Part shown: piece by piece, positions 1 to 8,314 of the stretch
Numbering within the stretch: the first letter of the stretch is position 1
Layout: each line of letters begins with the position of its first letter
From: Hyphomicrobiales bacterium
Lineage (GTDB): Bacteria; Pseudomonadota; Alphaproteobacteria; Rhizobiales; Beijerinckiaceae
Direction of reading: 5' to 3'
Assembly: GCA_003241815.1 (NCBI GenBank)
Contig: QBLV01000014.1
Coordinates: 19,453-83,452, forward strand
Length of the DNA stretch: 64,000 bases
Translations under genes and position numbers: made by a program
The notes under the pieces: generated by a model
Told to the model about the DNA's origin: nothing
The model's database searches: none
Seen by the model: the letters and a program-made list of their open reading frames with translations, nothing else

Positions 1-309
1 CTGGTACCGCTTGAAGCGACGCAATACTGGGCGTGTCATGTGAGATTGGGAGTGGCGATAGGATGCCTGCTCGTGCTTCTCACACGGCTTGCTTTTCTGT
101 CACGGGAGCATCGGACGGTTAGAGCGTGGCTGCTGGGTGCCTGCCTGCTTTACGCCCTCCAGATCGGTCTGGGATCAATCGTGAGGGCGCATGACGCGCC
201 GCCCGCGCAACTGCTCCTCCTTTTCAACGATGCGCTGATCTTCGCGCTTGTAGTGGTCGCGCGCGCGAAGATCGCCCGCCAACCGGCTGTGCGCCGGATT
301 CCAAGGTGA
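1..309 (+). CDS. C-terminal part of a hydrophobic, probably membrane, protein; the 5' end lies outside the window
   Basis: Frame 1 is open from base 1 to the stop at 307-309. The product is rich in L/A/V helices. No family recognised. Confidence 0.35.
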   Translation: MVPLEATQYWACHVRLGVAIGCLLVLLTRLAFLSREHRTVRAWLLGACLLYALQIGLGSIVRAHDAPPAQLLLLFNDALIFALVVVARAKIARQPAVRRIPR

Positions 310-313
310 CTCA

Positions 314-1582
314 ATGAAGGTTTTGGTTATCGGCGGCGGGCTGGGCGGCCTATGCCTCGCCCAAGGACTGCGACAGGCCGGTCTGCATGTCTCCGTGTTC
401 GAGCGGCAGGTCAGCCCTTCGGAGAATCTCGCCGGCTACGGAATTCATATTAACCGACATGGTCAACAGGCGCTCAAGGCCTGCCTCCCATCCGAGGGAT
501 GGTCGAGGTTCCGCGAACTCAGCACTAGTGCGGGGACCAAGTTGCACTTTCGCGATGAACAATTGCGTCGTCTCGCGACCCGTGATGAAGCAATCTTGTC
601 GGGCCGGCCTGCCAGTGAAGTCGAACTGCGAGGCGTGGGTCGAATCGAGCTTCGAGAGATCCTGCTCGCGGGACTGATGGAGAGGAGCGACCCCGTCGTC
701 CACTGGGGCAAGACCTTCACGCACTACGAACTTATCGCCGACAATCGCGTCCGCGCGCACTTCGACGACGGTAGCGCTGCGGAAGGCGACCTGCTGGTCG
801 GTGCCGACGCGAGCCATTCGAAGGTCCGGCAGCAATATCTCCCCGATGTTCGTCGCCTTGAGTTGGGTATCCTGGCGATCGCGGGCCGGTATCTCCTCGA
901 CGACGTGCAAACAGCAGCGCTGCCTCCCGAATTGACCGACGGTTCCCTCAACAACGTCGTTCCTGCAGGTCCAGGATGGATGTTCGTTGCGGCCTGGCGC
1001 TCTCGTTCCGCCGACGTCGGGGGCAAACAGCAGGACGCCCAGAATTATGTGATGTGGGCTTATGTCACGCCGCGGTCCGAGCTGGTCGATGTTCCTCAGG
1101 ACAGAGGCCCAGCGGCCTTGCAGAATTTTGTGCTGCAGCGGATCAAAGGCTGGTCCCCCGACCTCAGCAGGCTCGTGCGTGGCGCCGATCCGGAAACCGT
1201 AGCCCCTGTCCCGCTTCGGTCCATGCCGCACCTAGACGCGTGGGCGCCGAGCAACGTCACGCTGATCGGCGATGCCATCCACAACATGACACCTATGGCT
1301 GGGATTGGCGCCAACACCGCTCTTCGGGATGCGCGTGTCCTGCGTGACGCCCTGATTGATGCCGCGGCCGGCAGGCTTTCCATTGTCGATGCCGTCGGCC
1401 GCTATGAGTCCGAGATGCGAGTCTACGCGAATAGGGCGGTCGGGCTGTCGCGCAGGAATGCCGAGAACGCGAGTTCCGAGGCGGGCTTTCCTCGGCGTAT
1501 GTTCCGGCTCGTCCTTCGGCTTGCCCAGGCCTTTCCCCCAGTCATGCGCGCGACGCTGGGCCGTAGCTCGAAGGAGCCCTGA
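314..1582 (+). CDS. FAD-dependent monooxygenase/oxidoreductase (aromatic-ring hydroxylase-like)
   Basis: N-terminal Rossmann dinucleotide motif MKVLVIGGGLGGLCLA...VFER. C-terminal GDAIHNMTPMAGIGANTALRDA motif typical of flavoprotein monooxygenases. 422 aa. Confidence 0.85.
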   Translation: MKVLVIGGGLGGLCLAQGLRQAGLHVSVFERQVSPSENLAGYGIHINRHGQQALKACLPSEGWSRFRELSTSAGTKLHFRDEQLRRLATRDEAILSGRPASEVELRGVGRIELREILLAGLMERSDPVVHWGKTFTHYELIADNRVRAHFDDGSAAEGDLLVGADASHSKVRQQYLPDVRRLELGILAIAGRYLLDDVQTAALPPELTDGSLNNVVPAGPGWMFVAAWRSRSADVGGKQQDAQNYVMWAYVTPRSELVDVPQDRGPAALQNFVLQRIKGWSPDLSRLVRGADPETVAPVPLRSMPHLDAWAPSNVTLIGDAIHNMTPMAGIGANTALRDARVLRDALIDAAAGRLSIVDAVGRYESEMRVYANRAVGLSRRNAENASSEAGFPRRMFRLVLRLAQAFPPVMRATLGRSSKEP

Positions 1583-1642
1583 CGATCGGCGGTCTTTGCG
1601 CCCGATCGGACCGCGTAGAGGTTCCCAAAACTTGAGAGGGCT

Positions 1643-2656
1643 ATGCCAGACCTATCGCTCGATCTGAGATATTTGCGATATGCGCTGGCGGCCTCGCAGC
1701 ATCGTAGCTTCAGGCGCGCGGCTGCGTTCCTCAACGTCGCTCAATCGACGCTCACGCGCCGGATATTGCTGCTCGAGCACCGGGTCGGCTTTCGCATCTT
1801 CGACCGCAGCCCCTGCGGCGTTCGTCTCACGCGGGCGGGCCAACTTTTCCTAGAAGAAGCTTCGACCGGCATGCAACAGCTGGGACAAGCGGTCGAACTC
1901 GCAGCATCGGTCCACAAGGGCGAGCGGGGCGAGCTTCAGGCCGGCGTCCTCGTGCCCTTGGCGGCCGGGCGCCTGCACGTGGCGCTGAAGGAATTTCACC
2001 GGCGACATCCCGAGATTCGTGTGAGCCTGCACGAGGGCTCGTCGGACCAGAACCTTGCGCGGCTGACGACGGGGGAACTGGATGTTTCGTTCCTTCCCGG
2101 AAAGCCGAGGCTGTCGGGACACGCTTCGGCGCTGCTCTGGACCGAGAGCATCTATGTGGCCTTTCCGAGCGACCATCGGCTTGCCGAGTGCGACGAAGCG
2201 CATTGGCACGATCTCAAGGATGAGTTGTTCGTTGTGAGCCAGCAAGGCGTTGGCCCGGAAATCCGAGACTACCTCATCCGCAAGCTTTCCAGCCCTGGCT
2301 TCAGCCCTCAAATCGACGTCCACGACGTCAGTCGCGAAAGCCTGATGAATATCGTCGCGATGGGTTACGGGATCACGCTGGCCAGCGGGTCCAATCTTGG
2401 AAGCCCGCCCGGAATAGTCTTCAGGCCAATCGGCGGTGATCCGGAGCAGCTTGCCCTGACCGCTGTTTGGATGTCGCGGAATTCGAACCCCGCGCTTCAG
2501 CGTCTGCTTTTTCTCGTGAAGGAAGTGGCGTCCGGGAGTCTGCCGGAATTGGTCCGCAAGGAAGCGGGGAAAGTCGCGGTTTTCTTGCTTGGACTCCAGA
2601 GCCTCACCCAGTCTTGTCTCGGCGAGCCCGCGCGAATCCTCGGTCCGTTTGGATGA
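1643..2656 (+). CDS. LysR-family transcriptional regulator with an unusually long C-terminal tail
   Basis: N-terminal LysR HTH (LRYLRYALAASQHRSFRRAAAFLNVAQSTLTRRILLLEHRVGFRIFDR). At 337 aa it is longer than usual. The last ~17 codons overlap the convergent DUF2274 gene. Confidence 0.8.
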   Translation: MPDLSLDLRYLRYALAASQHRSFRRAAAFLNVAQSTLTRRILLLEHRVGFRIFDRSPCGVRLTRAGQLFLEEASTGMQQLGQAVELAASVHKGERGELQAGVLVPLAAGRLHVALKEFHRRHPEIRVSLHEGSSDQNLARLTTGELDVSFLPGKPRLSGHASALLWTESIYVAFPSDHRLAECDEAHWHDLKDELFVVSQQGVGPEIRDYLIRKLSSPGFSPQIDVHDVSRESLMNIVAMGYGITLASGSNLGSPPGIVFRPIGGDPEQLALTAVWMSRNSNPALQRLLFLVKEVASGSLPELVRKEAGKVAVFLLGLQSLTQSCLGEPARILGPFG

Positions 2657-2828
2657 ACCTCTGGACCATCGCCACGACAAGTTTCTCGGGCTCGGGAACG
2701 GTCCCACCTTCCTGCTGCGCGAGGATCTCCGCGTATTGCCGCAAGTCGCGATGAAGGGCCGCAGGCAATTCGATCGAGACCTTGACCGGCTTCTCGTCGG
2801 CCACGGGCCCCAGCTTCAACTTGGCCAT
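2604..2828 (-). CDS. DUF2274-family small protein (commonly follows trbI)
   Basis: 74-aa product MAKLKLGPVADEKPVKVSIELPAALHRDL..YAEILAQ.. matches my recollection of DUF2274. It sits immediately downstream of trbI. Confidence 0.75.
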   Translation of the reverse strand: MAKLKLGPVADEKPVKVSIELPAALHRDLRQYAEILAQQEGGTVPEPEKLVVAMVQRFIQTDRGFARARRDKTG

Positions 2829-2831
2829 GGG

Positions 2832-4052
2832 TCAGCCTCCATAGGGTTCGAGCACGATGTCGCGGGTGACGATGACGCGCACCGGGAATCCCGGGCGGAT
2901 CGTCAGCGTCGGTGCGACATTGAGCTGCCGGCGAACGATCTGTTGACCGGCATCGTTGATCGTGTCCTGCCCGCCATTTCGGATCGCGCTAATCAGACGA
3001 TCATCATCGTTGGTCGCCAGCTCCGCGCCGACGCTTAGCAAAGTCGAGAGTCCTGCCGCCTTTGCCAAGTCCCACCAGTGATAGTCGACGCCGTCCTGAA
3101 GGCCGGCGAACCCTTCGGCGTCCGCACCCGGCTGGCGCTCGAGAACGATGGAGCGGCCATTTGGAAAAATGAGCCGGTTCCAGACGAGCAACACGCGGCT
3201 TTGCCCAAACTGCACGTTGTTATCATACTGACCGATGACGCGTGTGCCTTGGGGTACGAGCAGGATGCGTCCGGTCGGAGTGTCGTAGATGTTTTCGGTG
3301 ACCTGGGCGGTAATCTGGCCCGGCAAGTCGGATCTGATGCCGGTAATCAGCGCCGCCGAGATCACCGCGCCCGCCTGAAGGATGTTAGGTGACGCCGGAG
3401 CGGCGACGCGATCTGGCGCAACCGTCCGACGGTCTGCCGCTGCGTTCAGGAAGGCGTTCTGGCGGTCCTGTGCCGAAGGTGTCGTCGGTGGCGGCGCCAG
3501 CCCGAGGCTGGCCAGGTCGGTCGTCGGCGGCCCCGCCGGCGCTGCTCCCGCCGCAGCGGGTGCGCCCCGGCTTTCCGATCCGGAGAAGAGACGGCTGGTA
3601 AGCGCGGTCTCGATCTCCTGCAGCCTGCGCTGCTCCTCCGGGCTGATGCCTGGATTGGGGGTAGCGATGCCCGGTGCTGGCACGGGCCGGCCGCGGTCCT
3701 GTGCACCGACGATCGGTCGTCCGAGATCGCCAGGCAGTGGCGGCCCAAGGCGAGGCACGCCGCTGTAGTCACGCGGCAGCCCTGCGAGCCCGTCGGCGGT
3801 CGAGCGGTTCTCTGTCGAATAGAGTTCCTCGTTAGGGCGGCCGCCGTCGCGGGTCTGCAGAGCGTAGATCAGGGCGCCCCCGAGTCCGACGCTGGCGACC
3901 AGGCCGACGCCGGCGAGAACCTTTCGGGACAGCCGGGTCACGCGGGGCGGTTCTGCGCGTAGCCGCATTGGCGCGGTGCTGGCCGGCTCGCCGCTCAACG
4001 GCTTCGTGTCGTTGTCAGAGGCTTCTTCGCTGCGGGGTTCGTTGTCGCTCAT
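2832..4052 (-). CDS. trbI: Conjugal transfer protein TrbI (VirB10 family)
   Basis: 406 aa with an N-terminal TM segment, a Pro/Ala-rich linker and a conserved C-terminal VirB10 barrel (GTRVIGQYDNNVQFGQSRVLLVWNRLIFPNG...). 4-bp overlap with trbG. Confidence 0.9.
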   Translation of the reverse strand: MSDNEPRSEEASDNDTKPLSGEPASTAPMRLRAEPPRVTRLSRKVLAGVGLVASVGLGGALIYALQTRDGGRPNEELYSTENRSTADGLAGLPRDYSGVPRLGPPLPGDLGRPIVGAQDRGRPVPAPGIATPNPGISPEEQRRLQEIETALTSRLFSGSESRGAPAAAGAAPAGPPTTDLASLGLAPPPTTPSAQDRQNAFLNAAADRRTVAPDRVAAPASPNILQAGAVISAALITGIRSDLPGQITAQVTENIYDTPTGRILLVPQGTRVIGQYDNNVQFGQSRVLLVWNRLIFPNGRSIVLERQPGADAEGFAGLQDGVDYHWWDLAKAAGLSTLLSVGAELATNDDDRLISAIRNGGQDTINDAGQQIVRRQLNVAPTLTIRPGFPVRVIVTRDIVLEPYGG

Positions 4053-5098
4053 GAGGCCGGCCTCCCGTCTGTGCGGGTGATACGGACGCGCCTCTGGCGA
4101 TCGCCGGACCCGAAGCGCAGTTCCGCCGCGGCGAAGAGACGATCGACGATCATGTGGTGCCCGCGGACCCGAAAGTTCACCAGTTCGGACGTATTGCCCT
4201 CCGGTCCGACGACGAAGAGTGGCGGCATCTCGCCTTGGCCTATGCCGCGCGGGAATTCGATGAACACCTGTCGGCCGTCATCGAAGGCGCGCAGCGGCCG
4301 CCAGGGCGCGCGGTCGCCATCAATGGCGTATCGGAAATTGACGTTGGCGAGATCGACGCCACTCGCCACGGGTTGCGCGGCCTCTGCCTCGGCGTTCTGC
4401 CGGCGCAGCGCGATGAGCTGGTCCTGCGGATACTGCCAAGAGACCGAAGCCATATAGGTTCGCTCGGTAGAGCGAAGCTCCATATGATAGGTGCGCAGGT
4501 TGGTGTTGATGACGAGGTTTGTCATCAGCTCTGCGCGGGTGGGCTTCACGAGGATATGGATCTGGCGCGTCGCACCCGAACCGCTTTCGGTATCGCCGAT
4601 GATCCAGCGCACGGTGTCGCCGGCGGCGACGGGGCCGGACCCGACGAGCTGTTCACCCGGCTGAAGGGCAATGTCGGTAATCTGACCAACGGCGGTGTAG
4701 ACTTGATAGAGCGCGCCCTGCGTGAAGGGATAAACCTGCATGGAGTTGATGAAGCCGTCCCGTACTGGCTGGATACGCGCAGCGGCGTTGGCCTGGTTAA
4801 CCCTCGCGGTGGGATCTGTGGGCTCGGGCGTGCGTCGGGAGGGCTCGACCCGTTGCAGCTGGCCGGGCAGCGGGAGCGGCCGCGGCAGCTCGACTACGGT
4901 GACGGGCGCTGGCGGTTCGACCGTCTGCATGGCGGGAGCCGCGTTATCGTAGGAGATCTCGGGCGGCGGGTTGGTGGTGGCGCAGCCAGCGAGCGCGGTC
5001 GTTGCCAGCAGGACCATCGGGACTGCGGCTCTGCGGAGAGCCGGGAATACGAGTGTGTGTGAAGCCGGATTTCCGGCTGTACGGAAAGACGGCTTCAT
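4049..5098 (-). CDS. trbG: Conjugal transfer protein TrbG (VirB9 family)
   Basis: 349 aa with a lipoprotein-like signal (LLATTALAGC) and VirB9-like body. Position is between trbF and trbI. Confidence 0.9.
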   Translation of the reverse strand: MKPSFRTAGNPASHTLVFPALRRAAVPMVLLATTALAGCATTNPPPEISYDNAAPAMQTVEPPAPVTVVELPRPLPLPGQLQRVEPSRRTPEPTDPTARVNQANAAARIQPVRDGFINSMQVYPFTQGALYQVYTAVGQITDIALQPGEQLVGSGPVAAGDTVRWIIGDTESGSGATRQIHILVKPTRAELMTNLVINTNLRTYHMELRSTERTYMASVSWQYPQDQLIALRRQNAEAEAAQPVASGVDLANVNFRYAIDGDRAPWRPLRAFDDGRQVFIEFPRGIGQGEMPPLFVVGPEGNTSELVNFRVRGHHMIVDRLFAAAELRFGSGDRQRRVRITRTDGRPAS

Positions 5099-5778
5099 TG
5101 CCCAAGCTCCCGAGACCAGTTGATGGCGTTGACGTAGATGCCGAGCGGGTTCGCCCTGAGCCGGTCGGCGTTGCGCGGGATCTGCAACACGATCGTCAGG
5201 ATCGCGGTCCAGCGCGTGGTCTCGGCGAGCTGACCGTTCTCATAGCGGCGCTCGACCCAGGCGACGCGGAAGCTGTCGGGCGACGCTCGAATGACGCTGG
5301 AGACGTCGACGGCGATCTGCTGGCGGCCGACCTTGGTGAACGGGTCGTTTGACCTCGCATAGTCGTTCAGCGCCATCGCTCCGCGATCGGTCGTGAAATC
5401 ATAGGCGCGCAGCCAATTCTGCCGAACGATAATGGCGTCGGCGGGTATCGAGCGGATCTGCTCGATGAAGCGCGCCAGGTGAAAGGCGATCTGCGGATCG
5501 GTCGGACGATAGTCGGCTTCGGCCGGCGCGACGGCCTGAGCCTGTCCAAGCCGATCGACCTGCACCACCCAAGGGACGATCGTTCCGCGTGCCGAATGTA
5601 CGACGAGCGCGGTAGCGAACCCGGCTGACAGGATCAGCGAGCCGAAGGCCATCAGCCGCCAGTTCTTTGCCTGCACGCGCGATGCGCCGATGCGCTCGTC
5701 CCAGACCTGCGCGGCACGCTGATAGGGTGTCTCGGGCTCGGCGGCTTTGCCGTAGTGAGTGGAGGGTCGTTTGAACAT
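5095..5778 (-). CDS. trbF: Conjugal transfer protein TrbF (VirB8 family)
   Basis: 227 aa with a single N-terminal TM and a VirB8-like fold sequence. Overlaps trbG by 4 bp and abuts trbL. Confidence 0.9.
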   Translation of the reverse strand: MFKRPSTHYGKAAEPETPYQRAAQVWDERIGASRVQAKNWRLMAFGSLILSAGFATALVVHSARGTIVPWVVQVDRLGQAQAVAPAEADYRPTDPQIAFHLARFIEQIRSIPADAIIVRQNWLRAYDFTTDRGAMALNDYARSNDPFTKVGRQQIAVDVSSVIRASPDSFRVAWVERRYENGQLAETTRWTAILTIVLQIPRNADRLRANPLGIYVNAINWSRELGQ

Positions 5779-7142
5779 TAGCGATCACCTTCGGAAAGAT
5801 TGACGGAAGAGCCGCCGCCATGCGCGTCGCCGGAACGGACGGCATGGGCCGTGGCCTGGACGGCATGGGTCATGCGTTGCGAGCGGCGCATCCGCTGGGC
5901 CCAGGCCGGCGGCCCGCCAGCGTTCGCGGACCCGGGGGACGCAGCTCCGTCACCGGCGCCATCGCCACCGGCCGAGCCCATGGTGGATGAGCCGCCCGTC
6001 GCTTCGAATGCGGCCTTACCGCCGGCGTTGAAGCTGGAGCGCATGCTCTCGGCGGCACGCGAAGCGGCGCGACGGAGCGGTGAGACAGCAGCACTACCAC
6101 CTGCGCGGGCGACTCCCCCGAGACCGGAAGCAACCCCGGCCGCACCAGATTGGCCGGCTGCGCCGAGGCTGTAAGCGGTAGAGGCGCCGCCTGCGACGGC
6201 TGCGCCGCCGCGAGCGGCCGCGGCCGCACCGCCGGCCAGAGCCACGCCACCGGATGCAGCGGCGCCGACGACGCCAGCGCCTGCCGCGACCATTCCGCCT
6301 GCGGCGAGGCCGGTTCCGACCGCGGCGCCGGCGCTGAGCTGGGGACCGCCGGAGACGATGCCGCTGGCGATGCCGGGGCCGAAAATGCCGAGCCCGAGTA
6401 GCGACAGCGCGGCGAGCACGATCGCCATGGCCTCGTCGATCGTCGGGTTCTGGCCGCCGAAGCCGGACGTGAACTCGGAGAAAAGTGTCGAACCGATGCC
6501 GATGATGACGGCGAGCACGAGAACCTTGATGCCGGACGAGATGACGTTGCCGAGCACGCGCTCCGCCATGAAGGCGGACTTGCCGAAGAGGCCGAAGGGG
6601 ATCAGCACGAAACCGGCGAGCGTCGTCAGCTTGAATTCGATGAGCGTGACGAAGAGCTGGATGGCGAGGATGAAGAAGGCGAGCAGGACCAGCGCCCAGG
6701 CAAGGAACATGCAGGCGATCTGGATGAAGTTCTCGAAAAACGACCAGTAGCCCATCAGGCTGGAGATGGAATCGAGCAGCGGTCGGCCGGCGTCGAGGCC
6801 CGTCTGCGCAACTTTTCCGGGGCGCATGAGATCAGCGGTCGAGAAGCCGGTGCCACTCGCCTTCAGGCCGAGGCCGGCGAAGCTCTCGAAAACGATCCGG
6901 GCGAGGTTGTTCCAGTTGCCGATGATGTAGGCGAAGACGCCGACGAACAGGGTCTTCTTGACCAGCCGCGCCATGATGTCGTCGTCGGCGCCCCAGCTCC
7001 AGAACAGCGCCGCGAGCGTCACGTCGATGACGATCAGCGTCGTGGCGATGAAGGCGACTTCGCCGCTGAGCAGGCCGAACCCGCTGTCGATGTAGCGGGT
7101 GAAGACCTCGAGGAAGTGGTCGATGACGCCGGTGCCGCCCAT
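5778..7142 (-). CDS. trbL: Conjugal transfer protein TrbL (VirB6 family)
   Basis: Polytopic membrane protein starting at MGGTGVIDHFLEVFTRYIDSGF, with a long Gly/Ala-rich C-terminal tail as is usual for TrbL. The 5' extension in the ORF track (to 7322) is Arg/Pro-rich and overlaps the upstream gene, so the internal ATG is preferred. Confidence 0.85.
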   Translation of the reverse strand: MGGTGVIDHFLEVFTRYIDSGFGLLSGEVAFIATTLIVIDVTLAALFWSWGADDDIMARLVKKTLFVGVFAYIIGNWNNLARIVFESFAGLGLKASGTGFSTADLMRPGKVAQTGLDAGRPLLDSISSLMGYWSFFENFIQIACMFLAWALVLLAFFILAIQLFVTLIEFKLTTLAGFVLIPFGLFGKSAFMAERVLGNVISSGIKVLVLAVIIGIGSTLFSEFTSGFGGQNPTIDEAMAIVLAALSLLGLGIFGPGIASGIVSGGPQLSAGAAVGTGLAAGGMVAAGAGVVGAAASGGVALAGGAAAAARGGAAVAGGASTAYSLGAAGQSGAAGVASGLGGVARAGGSAAVSPLRRAASRAAESMRSSFNAGGKAAFEATGGSSTMGSAGGDGAGDGAASPGSANAGGPPAWAQRMRRSQRMTHAVQATAHAVRSGDAHGGGSSVNLSEGDR

Positions 7143-7146
7143 GATG

Positions 7147-7533
7147 CTATCGCGCCTCGTCGAGTTGCGGAGTGTTCGGTGCGGAGGGTGTCGCGGTCGG
7201 CGCTTCGGTCCGCTGCGACTGAGGTGTGAGGCCATCGCGCGGTGGGGGTGGCATGTCCGGCAACCGCTCGGCGGGACGGGCGCCGGGCGCGAGGAAGCGC
7301 TGGCGGTTTTCCGCCCAGGCACGGCGGCATTCCGGATCGCGCGGTCCCTCTTCGCCGAGCGCCTGGCAGCGGATCAAGGCGTCCCGCAGGGGATTGGCCG
7401 GCGCCTCCGCGGCGCGGCCGGACCGCCAGGTCTCGGGCGCCTCCTCTTTCCGGGTCATCTCGATCGCGGTCGCGGTGACCGCGACAGCGACGAACACCAC
7501 GGCGCCGAGTCGGGCGAGCATCTTCCCGTCCAT
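7147..7533 (-). CDS. Putative entry-exclusion protein, TrbK-alt type
   Basis: 128 aa starting at MDGKMLARLGAVVFVAVAVTATA (one TM), with a conserved Cys pair (IRCQALGEEGPRDPECRRAW). Located between trbJ and trbL. Confidence 0.6.
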   Translation of the reverse strand: MDGKMLARLGAVVFVAVAVTATAIEMTRKEEAPETWRSGRAAEAPANPLRDALIRCQALGEEGPRDPECRRAWAENRQRFLAPGARPAERLPDMPPPPRDGLTPQSQRTEAPTATPSAPNTPQLDEAR

Positions 7534-7543
7534 CGCCGTGCCC

Positions 7544-8314
7544 TCAGTTGCCGTTCGGGAACATGCGGGCATTGCCGGGTTGGTAGCCGCTGCCCGGTGT
7601 GAGGAAGCGGCGGCGCTGCTCGCGACCCTGCTCGGCAGCGGCAGCGCGCTCGGCCTCCGATAGGCTCTGGGCGCGGCCGTTGGCAGCGACAACGGCGGTG
7701 AGGTCGGCGAGCTGCTGCGCCTGGAGCGCCAGGAGCTGATTGCCGGCCTGCGTTGCCTGCAACGCGCCCGTCGCGCCCTGGCTCTGGCCGACCAGCGCCG
7801 ACATCTCGCTGCGGTTGGTGTCGATGTTGCCGACGACGCCGGCCTGCACGCGCAGGGCGTCCTGCAAGCCGCCGACGGTGTTCTGCCAGCGCTCGCGCGC
7901 CTGCGTGACGAGCGCCTGATCGGAGGCGGACATCGAGGCGTTGCCGTAGGTTGTCTGGAACGCACGGTCGATCTGCTGGACGTTGAGGGCGATGCCCTGC
8001 GCCTGTTGCAGAAGCTGCTGCGTGCGCTGGACGGACTGCTGAAGTTGCTGGAGCGAGGAGTACGGCAAGCTCGCCAGGTTGCGGGCCTGATTGATCAGCA
8101 TGGTCGCTTCATTCTGAAGCTGGGTGATCTGCTGATTGACCTGCTGGAGCGTGCGCGCCGCCGTCAGCACGTTCTGCGCATAGTTGGTCGGGTCGTAGAC
8201 GATCCACTGCGCGGCCGCGGGCGGCGCGAGGATCGGCGACAGCGCGAGCGGCGCGGCAAGGAGTGCGGCGGTCATGCGCAGCGCGCGCGAGCGGGAACGA
8301 ACGGAACGGGTCAT
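7544..8314 (-). CDS. trbJ: Conjugal transfer protein TrbJ (VirB5-like)
   Basis: Start at MTRSVRSRSRALRMTAALLAAPLALSPILAPPAAAQW (signal peptide), ATGA overlap with the trbE stop. Coiled-coil Q-rich body typical of TrbJ. Confidence 0.85.
   Translation of the reverse strand: MTRSVRSRSRALRMTAALLAAPLALSPILAPPAAAQWIVYDPTNYAQNVLTAARTLQQVNQQITQLQNEATMLINQARNLASLPYSSLQQLQQSVQRTQQLLQQAQGIALNVQQIDRAFQTTYGNASMSASDQALVTQARERWQNTVGGLQDALRVQAGVVGNIDTNRSEMSALVGQSQGATGALQATQAGNQLLALQAQQLADLTAVVAANGRAQSLSEAERAAAAEQGREQRRRFLTPGSGYQPGNARMFPNGN

Noticed and set aside
5870-6400. Gly/Ala-rich repetitive coding stretch that looks like a tandem repeat
   Set aside because: It is the low-complexity C-terminal tail of TrbL, a common feature of that family, and not a separate repeat element.
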